Below, one piece after another: positions 21,510 to 31,577 of a stretch of DNA of 64,000 nucleotides. The stretch covers positions 3,072,001-3,136,000 of the forward strand of contig OY764216.1 of NCBI GenBank assembly GCA_963668315.1, read 5' to 3'. A program made the position numbers and the translations under genes. Below the pieces are notes generated by a model. That model had not been told where the DNA came from and searched no databases. It saw only the letters and a list, made by a program, of their open reading frames with translations. This stretch comes from Spirochaetia bacterium. Lineage in GTDB: Bacteria; Spirochaetota; Spirochaetia; DSM-2461. Numbering within the stretch: position 1 is the first letter of the stretch; every line of letters starts with the position of its first letter.

Positions 21510-22414
21510 TTCTCTTTTTTCCTGTTTGATACGGAGTCTATGGAAAGGGACACTTCATTCAGAATGATGCCGGAGAAACGTTCGATTTTTTCGGCTATAT
21601 ACTTTCTGAGTTTGTATAACTCTTCTGTTATATTATCGCCGTAGAAAGTTTCAATATATACTTTGATATTGTAGGCACCGTTATGGTGGCGGACCTTGAT
21701 TTTTCTTACTTTGATTTCACAGTTGAATTCATCGATGCAATGAAGAATCATCTGTGTCAGGGCGGCTTCGGTGATAGTGACGGTGCCTCTTTTTCCGTTG
21801 GAGTCGAAGTCGGGCTGTACGACGGATTTCTCATAGATGGTGGATTTTTTCTTTTTTCCAAAATTCTTTTTAAACAGAACTTTTATGGAGTCGAGGAAGA
21901 TCCGGGAATAGTCCTTTTCTATCTCTATGCTGGGAACGGGAATGACGTGCTTTCCCTCTTTCCTGGACTTGATGGCCCTTTCTATCTCCTCTTCGCTGGA
22001 AATCTCTTCTATTTTAATGAATTTGGAGACAGGGGGAAGTTCAAGCCGAACGGCGACCTTCTGAACCATCTTCTCCGATGTGCCTATGAGGAGTATGCGG
22101 GGTGACTTCTCTTTTTTTATGGCTTCAAGAACCTCTTGCCTATGGGGAATATCATCAAAAAGAGCCGTTTTGATAGCTCCGACATAATTAGGTTCTTTTT
22201 TGGCAGATCGACCGGCGATGATCATCGTATCTCTAATGAGAAGCCCGTCATCAACCATAAGGGAAATATTATAGTGCTCCGCAACCAGGCGTGCTCTAAA
22301 GCTCTTCCCGGTTCCGCTTTTTCCAACCAGAGCAAAAACTTTTGTACCCGCCATGGACCACTTAATACTGTTTACCGTATTTTTAAGCAATCCTGTTATT
22401 TTCTGTTTATTCAT
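21506..22414 (-). CDS. P-loop protein with C-terminal Asp23/Gls24-like domain
   Basis: ALVGKSGTGKS, DDGLLI, HVIPVP. Confidence 0.6.
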   Translation of the reverse strand: MNKQKITGLLKNTVNSIKWSMAGTKVFALVGKSGTGKSFRARLVAEHYNISLMVDDGLLIRDTMIIAGRSAKKEPNYVGAIKTALFDDIPHRQEVLEAIKKEKSPRILLIGTSEKMVQKVAVRLELPPVSKFIKIEEISSEEEIERAIKSRKEGKHVIPVPSIEIEKDYSRIFLDSIKVLFKKNFGKKKKSTIYEKSVVQPDFDSNGKRGTVTITEAALTQMILHCIDEFNCEIKVRKIKVRHHNGAYNIKVYIETFYGDNITEELYKLRKYIAEKIERFSGIILNEVSLSIDSVSNRKKEK

Positions 22415-22498
22415 TCATATCTAATATAATACAAAAACAGAAAAAAAGGGAAGTTTCTTTTCCTTTTGGCTGAATAATTCGGACCGGGAAATAAATTC

Positions 22499-22741
22499 TT
22501 AGCGGGGTCTTGCCTGGTTGACTTTGAGGTTTCTTCCTTTGAGCAAGCTGCCGTCCAAGGCTTCAATTGCTTTTTCGCCTTCGTCGTCGTTTCCCATTTC
22601 CACGAAACCAAAACCCTTGGAACGACCGGAGTCTCTGTCCATGATAATTTTAGCACTAATGACTTCTCCGAATTCGGAAAAGGCCTGACTCAATTCTTCC
22701 TCTGTCAAAGCATAGGAAAGATTTCCAGCATAGATATTCAT
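22499..22741 (-). CDS. RRM (RNP-1) RNA-binding protein
   Basis: IYAGNL (RNP2) and KGFGFVEM (RNP1). Confidence 0.93.
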   Translation of the reverse strand: MNIYAGNLSYALTEEELSQAFSEFGEVISAKIIMDRDSGRSKGFGFVEMGNDDEGEKAIEALDGSLLKGRNLKVNQARPR

Positions 22742-22828
22742 AAAGATCCTTTAAAACACGTGTACGTTTAATAAGACTCCACCGAAAAATAAAACGTACA
22801 AACTCATCGACAGAGGTCTGATGTAGAA

Positions 22829-22857
22829 AATGTATCTCTTTTCCTCTCATTTTACAA
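22829..22857 (-). promoter_or_regulatory. Promoter of RRM gene
   Basis: Minus strand TTGTAA, 17 bp, TACATT. Confidence 0.55.
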
Positions 22858-22930
22858 GCACTTTCAGGGGAAAATCGGTTTAAACATTGCCTAATTACAA
22901 GGTGAAAGTGTATAATTCCCCAAAGATATC

Positions 22931-22970
22931 TTGACATTACCCTGAATAAATACTAGTAAAATAGTAGTAT
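22931..22970 (+). promoter_or_regulatory. Promoter and candidate Rrf2 operator
   Basis: TTGACA at 22931; inverted repeat ATACTA-N9-TAGTAT (22950-22970) over the -10 region. Confidence 0.55.
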
Positions 22971-22997
22971 ATTGCAGGAAAGGTAAGGTTTGTTAAT

Positions 22998-23432
22998 ATG
23001 AAACTATCCACTAAATCCCGTTATGCATCCCGGCTTATGATACGCCTGGCAATGGATAGCAGCCTTGATCCCTTGCAGCTTAATGAGATTTCCAGGAAGG
23101 AAAATATTTCCGAGAAATATCTCAGCCAGATCGTTATTCCCCTGAGAAAAGCGGGACTGATTGAGTCGGTCCGAGGCGCCAGGGGAGGGTATAAGCTGAG
23201 TAGAAGCATAAAGGAAATTTCTCTTCTGGATGTCGTTAATGCCATGGAAGGCGGGGTGGAGATAGTTCACTGTCTCAAGGACGACAAATTGTGTGATAGG
23301 ACTTCATCCTGTACAACCTACCGGGTTTGGGATGATGTAACGAAAGCCATGGAGATGACCCTGGCCCGTTATACATTGGATGTTCTTCTGGATATGATCA
23401 GCTCTTCGGATGATCCGATGAGCGAAATCTGA
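22998..23432 (+). CDS. Rrf2-family regulator (IscR/CymR-like)
   Basis: MKLSTKSRYA, ISEKYLSQI, SVRGARGGY; three Cys in the C-terminal loop. Confidence 0.9.
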   Translation: MKLSTKSRYASRLMIRLAMDSSLDPLQLNEISRKENISEKYLSQIVIPLRKAGLIESVRGARGGYKLSRSIKEISLLDVVNAMEGGVEIVHCLKDDKLCDRTSSCTTYRVWDDVTKAMEMTLARYTLDVLLDMISSSDDPMSEI

Positions 23433-23439
23433 GGTACCT

Positions 23440-24357
23440 ATGAATATTGCCGAGAATATAACAGAACTGGTCGGCCGGACGCCCATGGTCCGGTTGAACC
23501 GCATCGGGAAAGAGGGAGAGATTCTTCTTAAGCTGGAGTATTTCAATCCCCTGGGAAGCGTGAAGGACCGTATCGGAAAATCCATGATAGAAGGGGCGGA
23601 GAAAAGCGGTCTCCTGACCGGAAAAACCACCCTCATAGAACCGACAAGCGGCAACACGGGAATCGCCCTGGCTTTTATCTGTGCTCAGAGGGGATACCGG
23701 CTTATTCTCACCATGCCCGAATCCATGAGTATAGAAAGAAGAAAGTTACTGAGCCATCTGGGAGCTGAGCTTGTTCTCACTCCTGCCGGCAAGGGAATGC
23801 AGGGCGCCATAGACAAGGCCGTGGATCTGTCCCAGTCGATACCGGACAGCCTGATTCTTCAGCAGTTCGCCAATAAGGATAATCCCGCCGCCCACAAGAG
23901 GACGACGGCCCCTGAGATCTGGGATGATACGGAAGGACAGTTCGATATTTTTCTCGCCGCCGTGGGAACGGGGGGGACGGTAACGGGTAACGGAGAATTT
24001 TTCAAGGGAAAGAACTCCTCCATCCAGGTTTATGCCGTCGAGCCCGCCGGCTCGCCGGTCCTCTCCGGAGGAAAACCGGGGCCCCATAAAATCCAGGGAA
24101 TAGGGGCCGGTTTCATCCCGGATGTCTTGAACCGTGAGATTCTGGATGGGGTATTGACCGTTTCGGCAGAGGAAGCCGGTGCCATGGCCCGGCGACTCGC
24201 CAAAGAGGAAGGCATTCTTGTGGGAATATCGGCAGGAGCCAATGTGAGAGCTGCTGAAATGCTGCTTGAGAGACCGGAAAACAGGGGGAAACGAATTGTG
24301 ACCATAGCCTGTGATACGGGGGAACGCTATCTGAGCACCTGGCTCTTTGAGAAATGA
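23440..24357 (+). CDS. cysK: Cysteine synthase A
   Basis: NPLGSVKDR, EPTSGNTG, GTGGT, HKIQGIGAG. Confidence 0.96.
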   Translation: MNIAENITELVGRTPMVRLNRIGKEGEILLKLEYFNPLGSVKDRIGKSMIEGAEKSGLLTGKTTLIEPTSGNTGIALAFICAQRGYRLILTMPESMSIERRKLLSHLGAELVLTPAGKGMQGAIDKAVDLSQSIPDSLILQQFANKDNPAAHKRTTAPEIWDDTEGQFDIFLAAVGTGGTVTGNGEFFKGKNSSIQVYAVEPAGSPVLSGGKPGPHKIQGIGAGFIPDVLNREILDGVLTVSAEEAGAMARRLAKEEGILVGISAGANVRAAEMLLERPENRGKRIVTIACDTGERYLSTWLFEK

Positions 24358-24367
24358 GGTATAAATT

Positions 24368-25636
24368 ATGAAATTTGAAACAATAGCATTACATGCGGGA
24401 CAGACTGTGGACGGAACCAAGTCCAGAGGGGTCCCCCTTTACAGAACTTCGGCCTACCTTTTTGATTCGGCCCAGCATGCCCAGGATCTCTTCGGTCTGA
24501 AGGAACTGGGAAATATCTACACCCGTCTGGGAAATCCCACGCAGGATGTACTCGAACAGAGACTGGCTCAGCTGGAGGGAGGTAAGGCCGCCCTGGCCCT
24601 GGCGTCAGGAACAAATGCCATTTTCTATACGATGATCAATATCTGCGACAAGGGAGATGAAATCGTCTCCTCCGCAGGGCTTTACGGCGGCACCTATACC
24701 ATGTTTGATGCTATTCTCCCCCAGTTCGGCATAACCACCAGGTTCGGTGATGTGAATGATCCCGACAGTTTCCGCCGGCTCATCAATGAGAAGACCCGCG
24801 TCCTTTATGTCGAGTCGGTGGGGAATCCCGCCCTGGATGTGGCCGATCTGGAGGCTTTCGCCTCCATCGCCCGGGAGTATGGAATCCCCCTGGTCGTGGA
24901 TGCCACTTTCACCACTCCCTATCTTCTGAGGCCCCTGGAATACGGTGCCGACATCGTTATCCACTCCCTGACAAAGTGGATCGGCGGTCACGGTACGGCT
25001 CTGGGAGGTATCGTGGTCGACGGAGGGAATTTTGACTGGACCGACGAAAAGTTCACCCTCTATAACAAGCCGGACAAGGGTTATCATGACCTGAGGTTCG
25101 CCCATGATCTGGGTGAGCTGAATCCCCTGGCTTTTATCATGAGGATGAGGACGGTCCCCTTGAGAAACCTGGGGGGGTGTATCTCTCCCGATAACAGCTG
25201 GATGTTCCTGCAGGGATTGGAAACTCTGGCCTTGAGAATGGAAAGGCATTCGGAAAATGCTCTGAAGGTGGCACGCTATCTGTCCTCCCATGACCAGGTG
25301 GAGTGGGTGCGTTATCCCGGCCTGGAAGGGGACAGCCAGTATGAGAAAAATAAGAAGTATCTGCCCCTGGGAGCGGGAGGCATGGTCGTCTTCGGCATCC
25401 GCGGCGGACGGGAAAAGGGGAGGCAGTTTATTGAGAGCCTTGAACTTTTCTCCCATGTGGCCAACGTGGGCGATGCCAAGAGTCTGGCTATCCACCCCGC
25501 TTCCACCACCCATTCCCAGCTCTCGCCCGAAGCGCTGAAGAGCGGAGGCATCGGGGAGGAATTTATCCGCCTTTCCATTGGGATTGAGAATATCGACGAT
25601 ATCCTGGCCGATCTGGATCAAGCCCTGAAAAGCTGA
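24368..25636 (+). CDS. metY: O-acetylhomoserine aminocarboxypropyltransferase (MetY-type)
   Basis: IYTRLGNPT, HSLTKWIGGHG, ANVGDAKSLAIHPASTTHSQL. Confidence 0.9.
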   Translation: MKFETIALHAGQTVDGTKSRGVPLYRTSAYLFDSAQHAQDLFGLKELGNIYTRLGNPTQDVLEQRLAQLEGGKAALALASGTNAIFYTMINICDKGDEIVSSAGLYGGTYTMFDAILPQFGITTRFGDVNDPDSFRRLINEKTRVLYVESVGNPALDVADLEAFASIAREYGIPLVVDATFTTPYLLRPLEYGADIVIHSLTKWIGGHGTALGGIVVDGGNFDWTDEKFTLYNKPDKGYHDLRFAHDLGELNPLAFIMRMRTVPLRNLGGCISPDNSWMFLQGLETLALRMERHSENALKVARYLSSHDQVEWVRYPGLEGDSQYEKNKKYLPLGAGGMVVFGIRGGREKGRQFIESLELFSHVANVGDAKSLAIHPASTTHSQLSPEALKSGGIGEEFIRLSIGIENIDDILADLDQALKS

Positions 25637-25697
25637 TTGAGAAGAAATATGCCTTACCTCTTTACGAGAATATATTAATAATGTATATTTATACGTA

Positions 25698-26366
25698 ATG
25701 GAAAATAGAGGCATAAAAAGTTATGTAATTAGAAAAGGGCGGATGAGTCCGGCCCAGCAGCAGGCCTACAGGGAACTTAGGGAGAGATGGTCTCTTCCCT
25801 ATGAGGAGAGCCTGCTGGATTTTCCTACTCTTTTTCCCGGCAAGGATAAGGTCGTCCTCGAAATAGGCTTCGGGATGGGCGATGCGACCCATCAGATAGC
25901 CTCGGAAAATCCCGATGCGGCCTATATCGGTGTGGAAGTTCATAAACCCGGTGTGGGAAAGCTTCTCGATAGAATAGACAAGAGAGAACTTACCAACGTC
26001 AGGATTATCGAGCATGATGCCTGTGAGGTTATCAGGGAAATGATTCCCCCCGAATCTCTGGGGGGAATACATATTTTCTTTCCCGACCCCTGGCCTAAAA
26101 AGAAACATCATAAGCGTAGACTCATACAGGAGCCTTTTGTGACGGAACTGTCGAAAAGGCTCGTTAAGGGCGGTTATCTTTATGCCGCAACCGATTGGGA
26201 AGAGTATGCCGAACAGATGTTAGCCGTTCTTTCTGCCAATAGTCTGCTGGAAAATGGCTATGAGGGTTTCGCCGCCCATCAGGAGTGGCGTCCATTAACC
26301 AATTTCGAGCAGAAGGGACTGAAGAAATCTCATGAAATTCATGAGGTTTATTTCGTAAAAAAATAA
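25698..26366 (+). CDS. trmB: tRNA (guanine-N7)-methyltransferase
   Basis: LEIGFGMG, FFPDPWPKKKHHKRRL, ATDW, TNFE. Confidence 0.95.
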   Translation: MENRGIKSYVIRKGRMSPAQQQAYRELRERWSLPYEESLLDFPTLFPGKDKVVLEIGFGMGDATHQIASENPDAAYIGVEVHKPGVGKLLDRIDKRELTNVRIIEHDACEVIREMIPPESLGGIHIFFPDPWPKKKHHKRRLIQEPFVTELSKRLVKGGYLYAATDWEEYAEQMLAVLSANSLLENGYEGFAAHQEWRPLTNFEQKGLKKSHEIHEVYFVKK

Positions 26367-26421
26367 AGTTTCTTTGTATAAATATTCATATTGATTTCTC
26401 ATCGGAACCTAAGGAGGTAAT

Positions 26422-27774
26422 ATGTCCAAATTGACTGATCAGTTTTTCGAGAAGTATACTGCCGTGCTGGATAAAAGCCGTATCGGGATGGAACTCTATA
26501 ACAAATATAATGTTAAAAGAGGTCTCCGAAACTCAAACGGCACGGGTGTTCTTGTCGGTCTGACGGAAATCGGCGGCGTCTACGGCTATATTCAGGATGA
26601 CGAAGAGAAAAAACCTGTCGAAGGTAAACTCAGTTATCGTGGGATAGATGTCAGGGACCTGGTTCACGGATGCCAGAAAGACCGCCGGTTCGGTTTTGAG
26701 GAAACGGCCTTTCTCCTTCTCTTCGGTTATCTTCCCAATGAGGAAGAGCTGGCCTCCTTCAATACGACCCTCGGGGAACTCAGAAGACTGCCCCCCAATT
26801 TTACGGAGGATTCCATTTTAAAGAGTCCCAGTAAGAACATTATGAATAAGCTGGGCCGCTCTGTCCTTGTATCCTACTCCTACGATAAAAATCCCGATGA
26901 TACGTCGGTGGAGAATAACCTGCGCCAGTGCGTCGAGCTGATCGCCCGTTTCCCCACTATGGTGGCTTACGGCTTTCAGGCCAAGAAACACTATTACGAC
27001 GGAGAAAGCCTCTTCCTTCACAGCCCGGTGGAGGATCTGAGTACGTCGGAAAACTTCCTTCTCATGACCCGGCTGAATAAGGAGTATACCCAGCTTGAGG
27101 CGGAAATCCTCGATCTGATCCTGATTCTTCATGCCGAACACGGCGGTGGTAACAACTCTGCCTTCACTACCCATGTCGTTTCCTCTTCCGGAACGGACAT
27201 TTATGCGGCGATTTCCGCCGCCGTCGGATCTCTCAAGGGACCCCTGCACGGCGGTGCCAATGTCATGGTCCACAAGATGATGGAAGACATCAAGCGCAAT
27301 GTCAAAAACTGGGAAGACAGACAGGAAGTGTCCTCCTACCTCGAGAAGATACTCAGGAAGGAGGCCTTTGACGGGAAGGGATTGATTTACGGTATGGGCC
27401 ATGCCGTTTACACCCTCTCCGACCCCCGTGCGGTGCTGCTGAAGGAAAAAGCCGAAAAGGCGGCCGAGGCGACGGGAAGGCAGAAAGAATACGCCCTTTC
27501 CTGCCTTGTGGAAGAACTGACCCCGGAGATTTTCGCCCGGGTCAAGAATAACGACAAGCCCCTCTGTGCCAATGTGGATTTCTATTCGGGATTTGTCTAT
27601 ACCGCCCTGAATATCGACCCCGAACTGTTTACCCCCCTCTTCGCCGTTTCCCGTATCGCCGGATGGTGCGCCCACCGGATGGAGGAGCTTGTTTCGGGCG
27701 GAAGGATCATGAGGCCGGCTTACAAAAGCGTCAGCCGCGTCTGCGAATATACTCCCCTGGGGGATAGAAAATAA
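26422..27774 (+). CDS. Citrate/2-methylcitrate synthase
   Basis: LHAEHGGGNNS, GPLHGGAN, GMGHAVY..SDPRA, ANVDFYSG. Confidence 0.92.
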   Translation: MSKLTDQFFEKYTAVLDKSRIGMELYNKYNVKRGLRNSNGTGVLVGLTEIGGVYGYIQDDEEKKPVEGKLSYRGIDVRDLVHGCQKDRRFGFEETAFLLLFGYLPNEEELASFNTTLGELRRLPPNFTEDSILKSPSKNIMNKLGRSVLVSYSYDKNPDDTSVENNLRQCVELIARFPTMVAYGFQAKKHYYDGESLFLHSPVEDLSTSENFLLMTRLNKEYTQLEAEILDLILILHAEHGGGNNSAFTTHVVSSSGTDIYAAISAAVGSLKGPLHGGANVMVHKMMEDIKRNVKNWEDRQEVSSYLEKILRKEAFDGKGLIYGMGHAVYTLSDPRAVLLKEKAEKAAEATGRQKEYALSCLVEELTPEIFARVKNNDKPLCANVDFYSGFVYTALNIDPELFTPLFAVSRIAGWCAHRMEELVSGGRIMRPAYKSVSRVCEYTPLGDRK

Positions 27775-27825
27775 AGGGAAGAGGGGCGCTCTTCACCAAG
27801 ACCGGGTAATATGCTAACATGGCCT

Positions 27826-29112
27826 ATGTATTTTCGCCGGGCCGGTATCGGCTTATTGTTACAGCTTTTTGCCGGAGTTATTACCCTGGCGCCCCTCTTC
27901 GCCGGTACAAGTGAATTTACTCTGGGAAGGGACCGCCTTTTCAGCGAACGCTTCGACCTCGTGGAGGGAAAGCGCATCGGTTTTTTCGGTAACCGGACCA
28001 CCCGGGATACGCTGGACCGCCTGATCGATGATTCCCGCGTGGAAGTGGTCAAGGTTTTCGTCCCCGAGCATGGACTGGAGGGAACGGTTAAGGCCGGCGT
28101 CTCCGTAAAGGACGATTTCTACCGGAATATCCCCGTTATCAGCGCCTACGCCCCGGGCAGGAGAAAAATCGATGTCCGGGATCTATCCGATCTGGACTGT
28201 CTCGTCTTTGAGATACAGGATATCGGCAACCGCCATTATACCTATCTTACCTCCCTCTACCTGCAGATGACGGCCTGTGCCCAGGCGGGCATTCCCTTCA
28301 TCCTTCTGGATCGGCCCAATGCGGGAGGAGATATGGTGGAAGGTCCCCTTCTGGAGGGAGAATACCAGAGCTACATCGGCCTTTTCGGTCCCAACGCCCA
28401 CGGTATGACCCAGGGAGAACTGGCGAAGATGTTTCTCTCGGAGCCGGAGCTTCTTGACGGGGGCCGCTATGACAGGAAGGGGGAGTACTCCATTATAGCC
28501 GATCTGAATCTTCAGGTTGTGGAGATGGTGAACTACGACCGGAGAAAGGGGTTCTGGCAGCCCGGGGTGACTTCGGGGGAGTGGATCTCCACTTCGCCCA
28601 ATATCCCCACGCCCCAGGCGGCTCTCTGCTACAAGGGAAATGGTCTGTTCGACGGGTATGAGATAAGAGAGATTGTCAGTGATTACCGCAATCTGGGGCT
28701 GGTTCAGTTTCAGGACATCCAGCTCCCCCGCATCCGTGATAAGGATGAGATTCTCTATTTCATTGACCGCTGTTATGAGAACTGGGATTTCCCCGGCCTT
28801 CAGCTTGTTCCCTTGAAGAACGGCGATACGGGGCGGTGGGATATCCTCCATTTTCAGATAACAAGCATGGAAGATTTCCATTCCACCCTGTCGACTCTGG
28901 CCATTATCTATACCTGGGAGGAGCTCTATCATCGGGGAAGTGATGCCGGTTTTACCGACAGGGCGAGGTTTGACAAGGCTATCGGGAACAGCTGGGTCAG
29001 CGATATTTTTCTTTCCGAAGAGCTGGCTCCCTTTGCTGATCTTGAGAGGAGAGTCCGGAGCGATGAGGACGCATTTCGTCTGGTTCGGGCGAACTATCTG
29101 ATTTACCATTAA
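27826..29112 (+). CDS. DUF1343 exo-beta-N-acetylmuramidase NamZ-like secreted protein
   Basis: PEHG, EIQDIG.R.YTY, LDRPN, HGMT.GELA, TSPNIPT; signal peptide. Confidence 0.82.
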   Translation: MYFRRAGIGLLLQLFAGVITLAPLFAGTSEFTLGRDRLFSERFDLVEGKRIGFFGNRTTRDTLDRLIDDSRVEVVKVFVPEHGLEGTVKAGVSVKDDFYRNIPVISAYAPGRRKIDVRDLSDLDCLVFEIQDIGNRHYTYLTSLYLQMTACAQAGIPFILLDRPNAGGDMVEGPLLEGEYQSYIGLFGPNAHGMTQGELAKMFLSEPELLDGGRYDRKGEYSIIADLNLQVVEMVNYDRRKGFWQPGVTSGEWISTSPNIPTPQAALCYKGNGLFDGYEIREIVSDYRNLGLVQFQDIQLPRIRDKDEILYFIDRCYENWDFPGLQLVPLKNGDTGRWDILHFQITSMEDFHSTLSTLAIIYTWEELYHRGSDAGFTDRARFDKAIGNSWVSDIFLSEELAPFADLERRVRSDEDAFRLVRANYLIYH

Positions 29113-29131
29113 GGAACGGTGCGATAAACAT

Positions 29132-29944
29132 ATGAAAAAAAACATTTTCCCTATCCTGATTATTCTGCTTTCCCTTATTTTCTTTTCCTGCCGGACTGTG
29201 CCGGTCAATGAAGGGGCAGCCTACTATCTTCCCGATGACGGGGACCGCACCCTTTATCTGGACGGCTCAAAGGCGGAGGCCTTTCTCAGGCCCATGACGG
29301 AATCCTTCGGCGTTGATGATTATGAGTCGATAGAGCCTCTTCTGAAAGCCACGGAACGTATTTATCTGGTCACCCGGGGAGAAGCCCTTTTCATTCAGGG
29401 GCAAGGTGATTATAATACGGGTTTTATCAGCTTTGTCCTGAGGACGAACCGGGATTGGAAGAAGGAGAAGATCGGACCCTTCAAGACCTATTATTCGCAG
29501 AGCACGTCTCTGCAGCTGGCCTTTCCGGACAGCCGGACTTTTTTCATAAGCCAGGGAAATCTTTCCGATCTTCTGGAAGCCTATCACGGCGGGGGGAGTG
29601 TGCATTACCCCTTTACTCCCGAGAGGGAGAAGAGCGAGTCCCTTCTGCTCCGCCTCTCCCTGGACAAGGGCGATCTCCTTCCCATGCAGGAGCTTCTGAA
29701 AATCCCCTTTAAATCGGCAGAGATGGCCCTTTCTCCCGGTGAGGATGATTTGCTTCTCATGGATGTGTCTCTGCGGGGCGAAGAGAACAGCGGCCGGGTT
29801 ATGGGCACGGCGTTAAAACTGTTCCTGCTGGCTTCGGTAGGGCGGAGCGTTATGAATTCTCCCATGGAGACGGGAAACGATTTTGCTTCCATTTCCGATG
29901 TTTCGGTGGATTTGGATTTCTTATTGGATATGATTGGTATTTAG
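29132..29944 (+). CDS. Hypothetical lipoprotein
   Basis: MKKNIFPILIILLSLIFFS|C lipobox. Confidence 0.7.
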   Translation: MKKNIFPILIILLSLIFFSCRTVPVNEGAAYYLPDDGDRTLYLDGSKAEAFLRPMTESFGVDDYESIEPLLKATERIYLVTRGEALFIQGQGDYNTGFISFVLRTNRDWKKEKIGPFKTYYSQSTSLQLAFPDSRTFFISQGNLSDLLEAYHGGGSVHYPFTPEREKSESLLLRLSLDKGDLLPMQELLKIPFKSAEMALSPGEDDLLLMDVSLRGEENSGRVMGTALKLFLLASVGRSVMNSPMETGNDFASISDVSVDLDFLLDMIGI

Positions 29945-29950
29945 GGGGAA

Positions 29951-30553
29951 ATGGTGATTGGCGTAGTGGATTATGATGCGGGAAACCTGACAAGTGTTTC
30001 ATCGGCTCTGAGATTTCTTAAGGCGGATTTTTTCGTCACGAAAGATCCCCATGAGCTCTCCAGGGCGGATAAGGTTATTTTCCCCGGGGTGGGAGAAGCG
30101 GTTCAGGCCATGGGGCATCTGAACGGTTCCGGCATGGCCGACGCCCTGAGGGAATACGCCTCCGGGGGAAACCCCTTTCTGGGTATCTGCCTGGGAAGCC
30201 AGATCCTTTTTGATCATTCCGAGGAGAGGGATGTGGACTGTCTGGGAATCCTTCCCGGTAATGTCGTCCGCTTTCCCTCTGATATGGGCATGAAAATTCC
30301 CCAGATCGGGTGGAACACGGTGGAATTCCGCGACGATCCTCTGGTGGAAGGCCTCTCCGCGGAGGACTCTTTCTATTTTGTCCACTCCTATTATGTCTCT
30401 CCCGCTTCGGAGGATCTGGTGCTGGGAAAGAGCGAATACGGCATCAGTTTCACCGCGGCCGTCAGGAAGGATAATGTCTGGGCTACCCAGTTTCATCCCG
30501 AGAAGAGCGGAAAACCGGGCTTGAAAATCCTCCGTAACTTCATAAACTTATAG
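29951..30553 (+). CDS. hisH: Imidazole glycerol phosphate synthase glutaminase subunit
   Basis: PGVG, LGICLG, FYFVHSY, QFHPEKSG. Confidence 0.95.
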   Translation: MVIGVVDYDAGNLTSVSSALRFLKADFFVTKDPHELSRADKVIFPGVGEAVQAMGHLNGSGMADALREYASGGNPFLGICLGSQILFDHSEERDVDCLGILPGNVVRFPSDMGMKIPQIGWNTVEFRDDPLVEGLSAEDSFYFVHSYYVSPASEDLVLGKSEYGISFTAAVRKDNVWATQFHPEKSGKPGLKILRNFINL

Positions 30554-30563
30554 GAAGGTCAGC

Positions 30564-31334
30564 ATGTTTCAGAAAAGGGTAGTCGTCTGTCTTGACGTGA
30601 GAGACGGCAAAACCACAAAGGGAATAAAATTCAAGGGTAATGTGGATATAGGTGATCCGGTGGAAATGGCGGCCCGCTATTACGAGCAGGGCGTCGATGA
30701 ACTGGTTTTTTACGATATCACCGCCAGTGCGGAAAAACGGGGTATCATGATCGACGTGGTCGCCCGGGTGGCGGAAACGATTTTCATCCCCTTCTGCGTG
30801 GGCGGCGGAATAAGGACTCTTTCCGATATGAAGGATGTGATCAACGCGGGGGCTGAAAAAATCAGCATAAACTCCGCCGCCGTGAGGAATCCGTCCCTGA
30901 TCGAAGAGGGCGCTTCCCACTTCGGTGCCCAGTGTATCGTGCTGGGAATGGACGCCGCGGCCGACCCGGCCATGCCTTCCGGTTACCGCGTCGTTATTGA
31001 CGGAGGAAGAAAACCGACCGAGTGGGATATGCTCGTGTGGGCCAGGGAAGCCGTTAAACTCGGAGCGGGGGAAATCGTTCTGAATTCCATCGATACCGAC
31101 GGAGTGAGGGAAGGCTATGAGATTAACGCCACCCGCCTGGTCTCCGAAGCGGTTTCCGTTCCTGTGGTGGCCTCAGGTGGAGCCGGAGTTCCCAAGCATC
31201 TGGCCGAAGTTTTCAAAGTGGGTAAGGCCGATGCCGCCCTGGTCGCCAGCATGGTTCACTATGGCGATTATACGATTAACGATATAAAAAAACATCTGGA
31301 TAAGGAAGGGGTTCCCGTAAGGAAAACCTGGTAG
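30564..31334 (+). CDS. hisF: Imidazole glycerol phosphate synthase cyclase subunit
   Basis: CLDV, DELVFYDITAS, VGGGIR, GAGEI.LNSID, ASGGAG. Confidence 0.95.
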   Translation: MFQKRVVVCLDVRDGKTTKGIKFKGNVDIGDPVEMAARYYEQGVDELVFYDITASAEKRGIMIDVVARVAETIFIPFCVGGGIRTLSDMKDVINAGAEKISINSAAVRNPSLIEEGASHFGAQCIVLGMDAAADPAMPSGYRVVIDGGRKPTEWDMLVWAREAVKLGAGEIVLNSIDTDGVREGYEINATRLVSEAVSVPVVASGGAGVPKHLAEVFKVGKADAALVASMVHYGDYTINDIKKHLDKEGVPVRKTW

Positions 31335-31340
31335 AATATT

Positions 31341-31577
31341 ATGGCAAAAACGATAAATCTTGATAAGGCCGGTCTGGGGATTGTTACCGGAGCCGGCGTA
31401 GAACTGAACCTTGAGCTGGACGAGCAGAACAGAATCGTCATCCATATGGAATCCATGGAGGGGGGGCACCGGATCATGGTGGGCAAGCACGAAGACGATC
31501 CCAAGGCGATTGTCTGCTATCTGGATGATGTTCCGCCTCCCCAGGAGGAGTACACCGGACCCCGTCTTGTCAAATGA
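31341..31577 (+). CDS. Small hypothetical protein
   Basis: Fills the gap after hisF; ATGA overlap with the next gene. Confidence 0.55.
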   Translation: MAKTINLDKAGLGIVTGAGVELNLELDEQNRIVIHMESMEGGHRIMVGKHEDDPKAIVCYLDDVPPPQEEYTGPRLVK

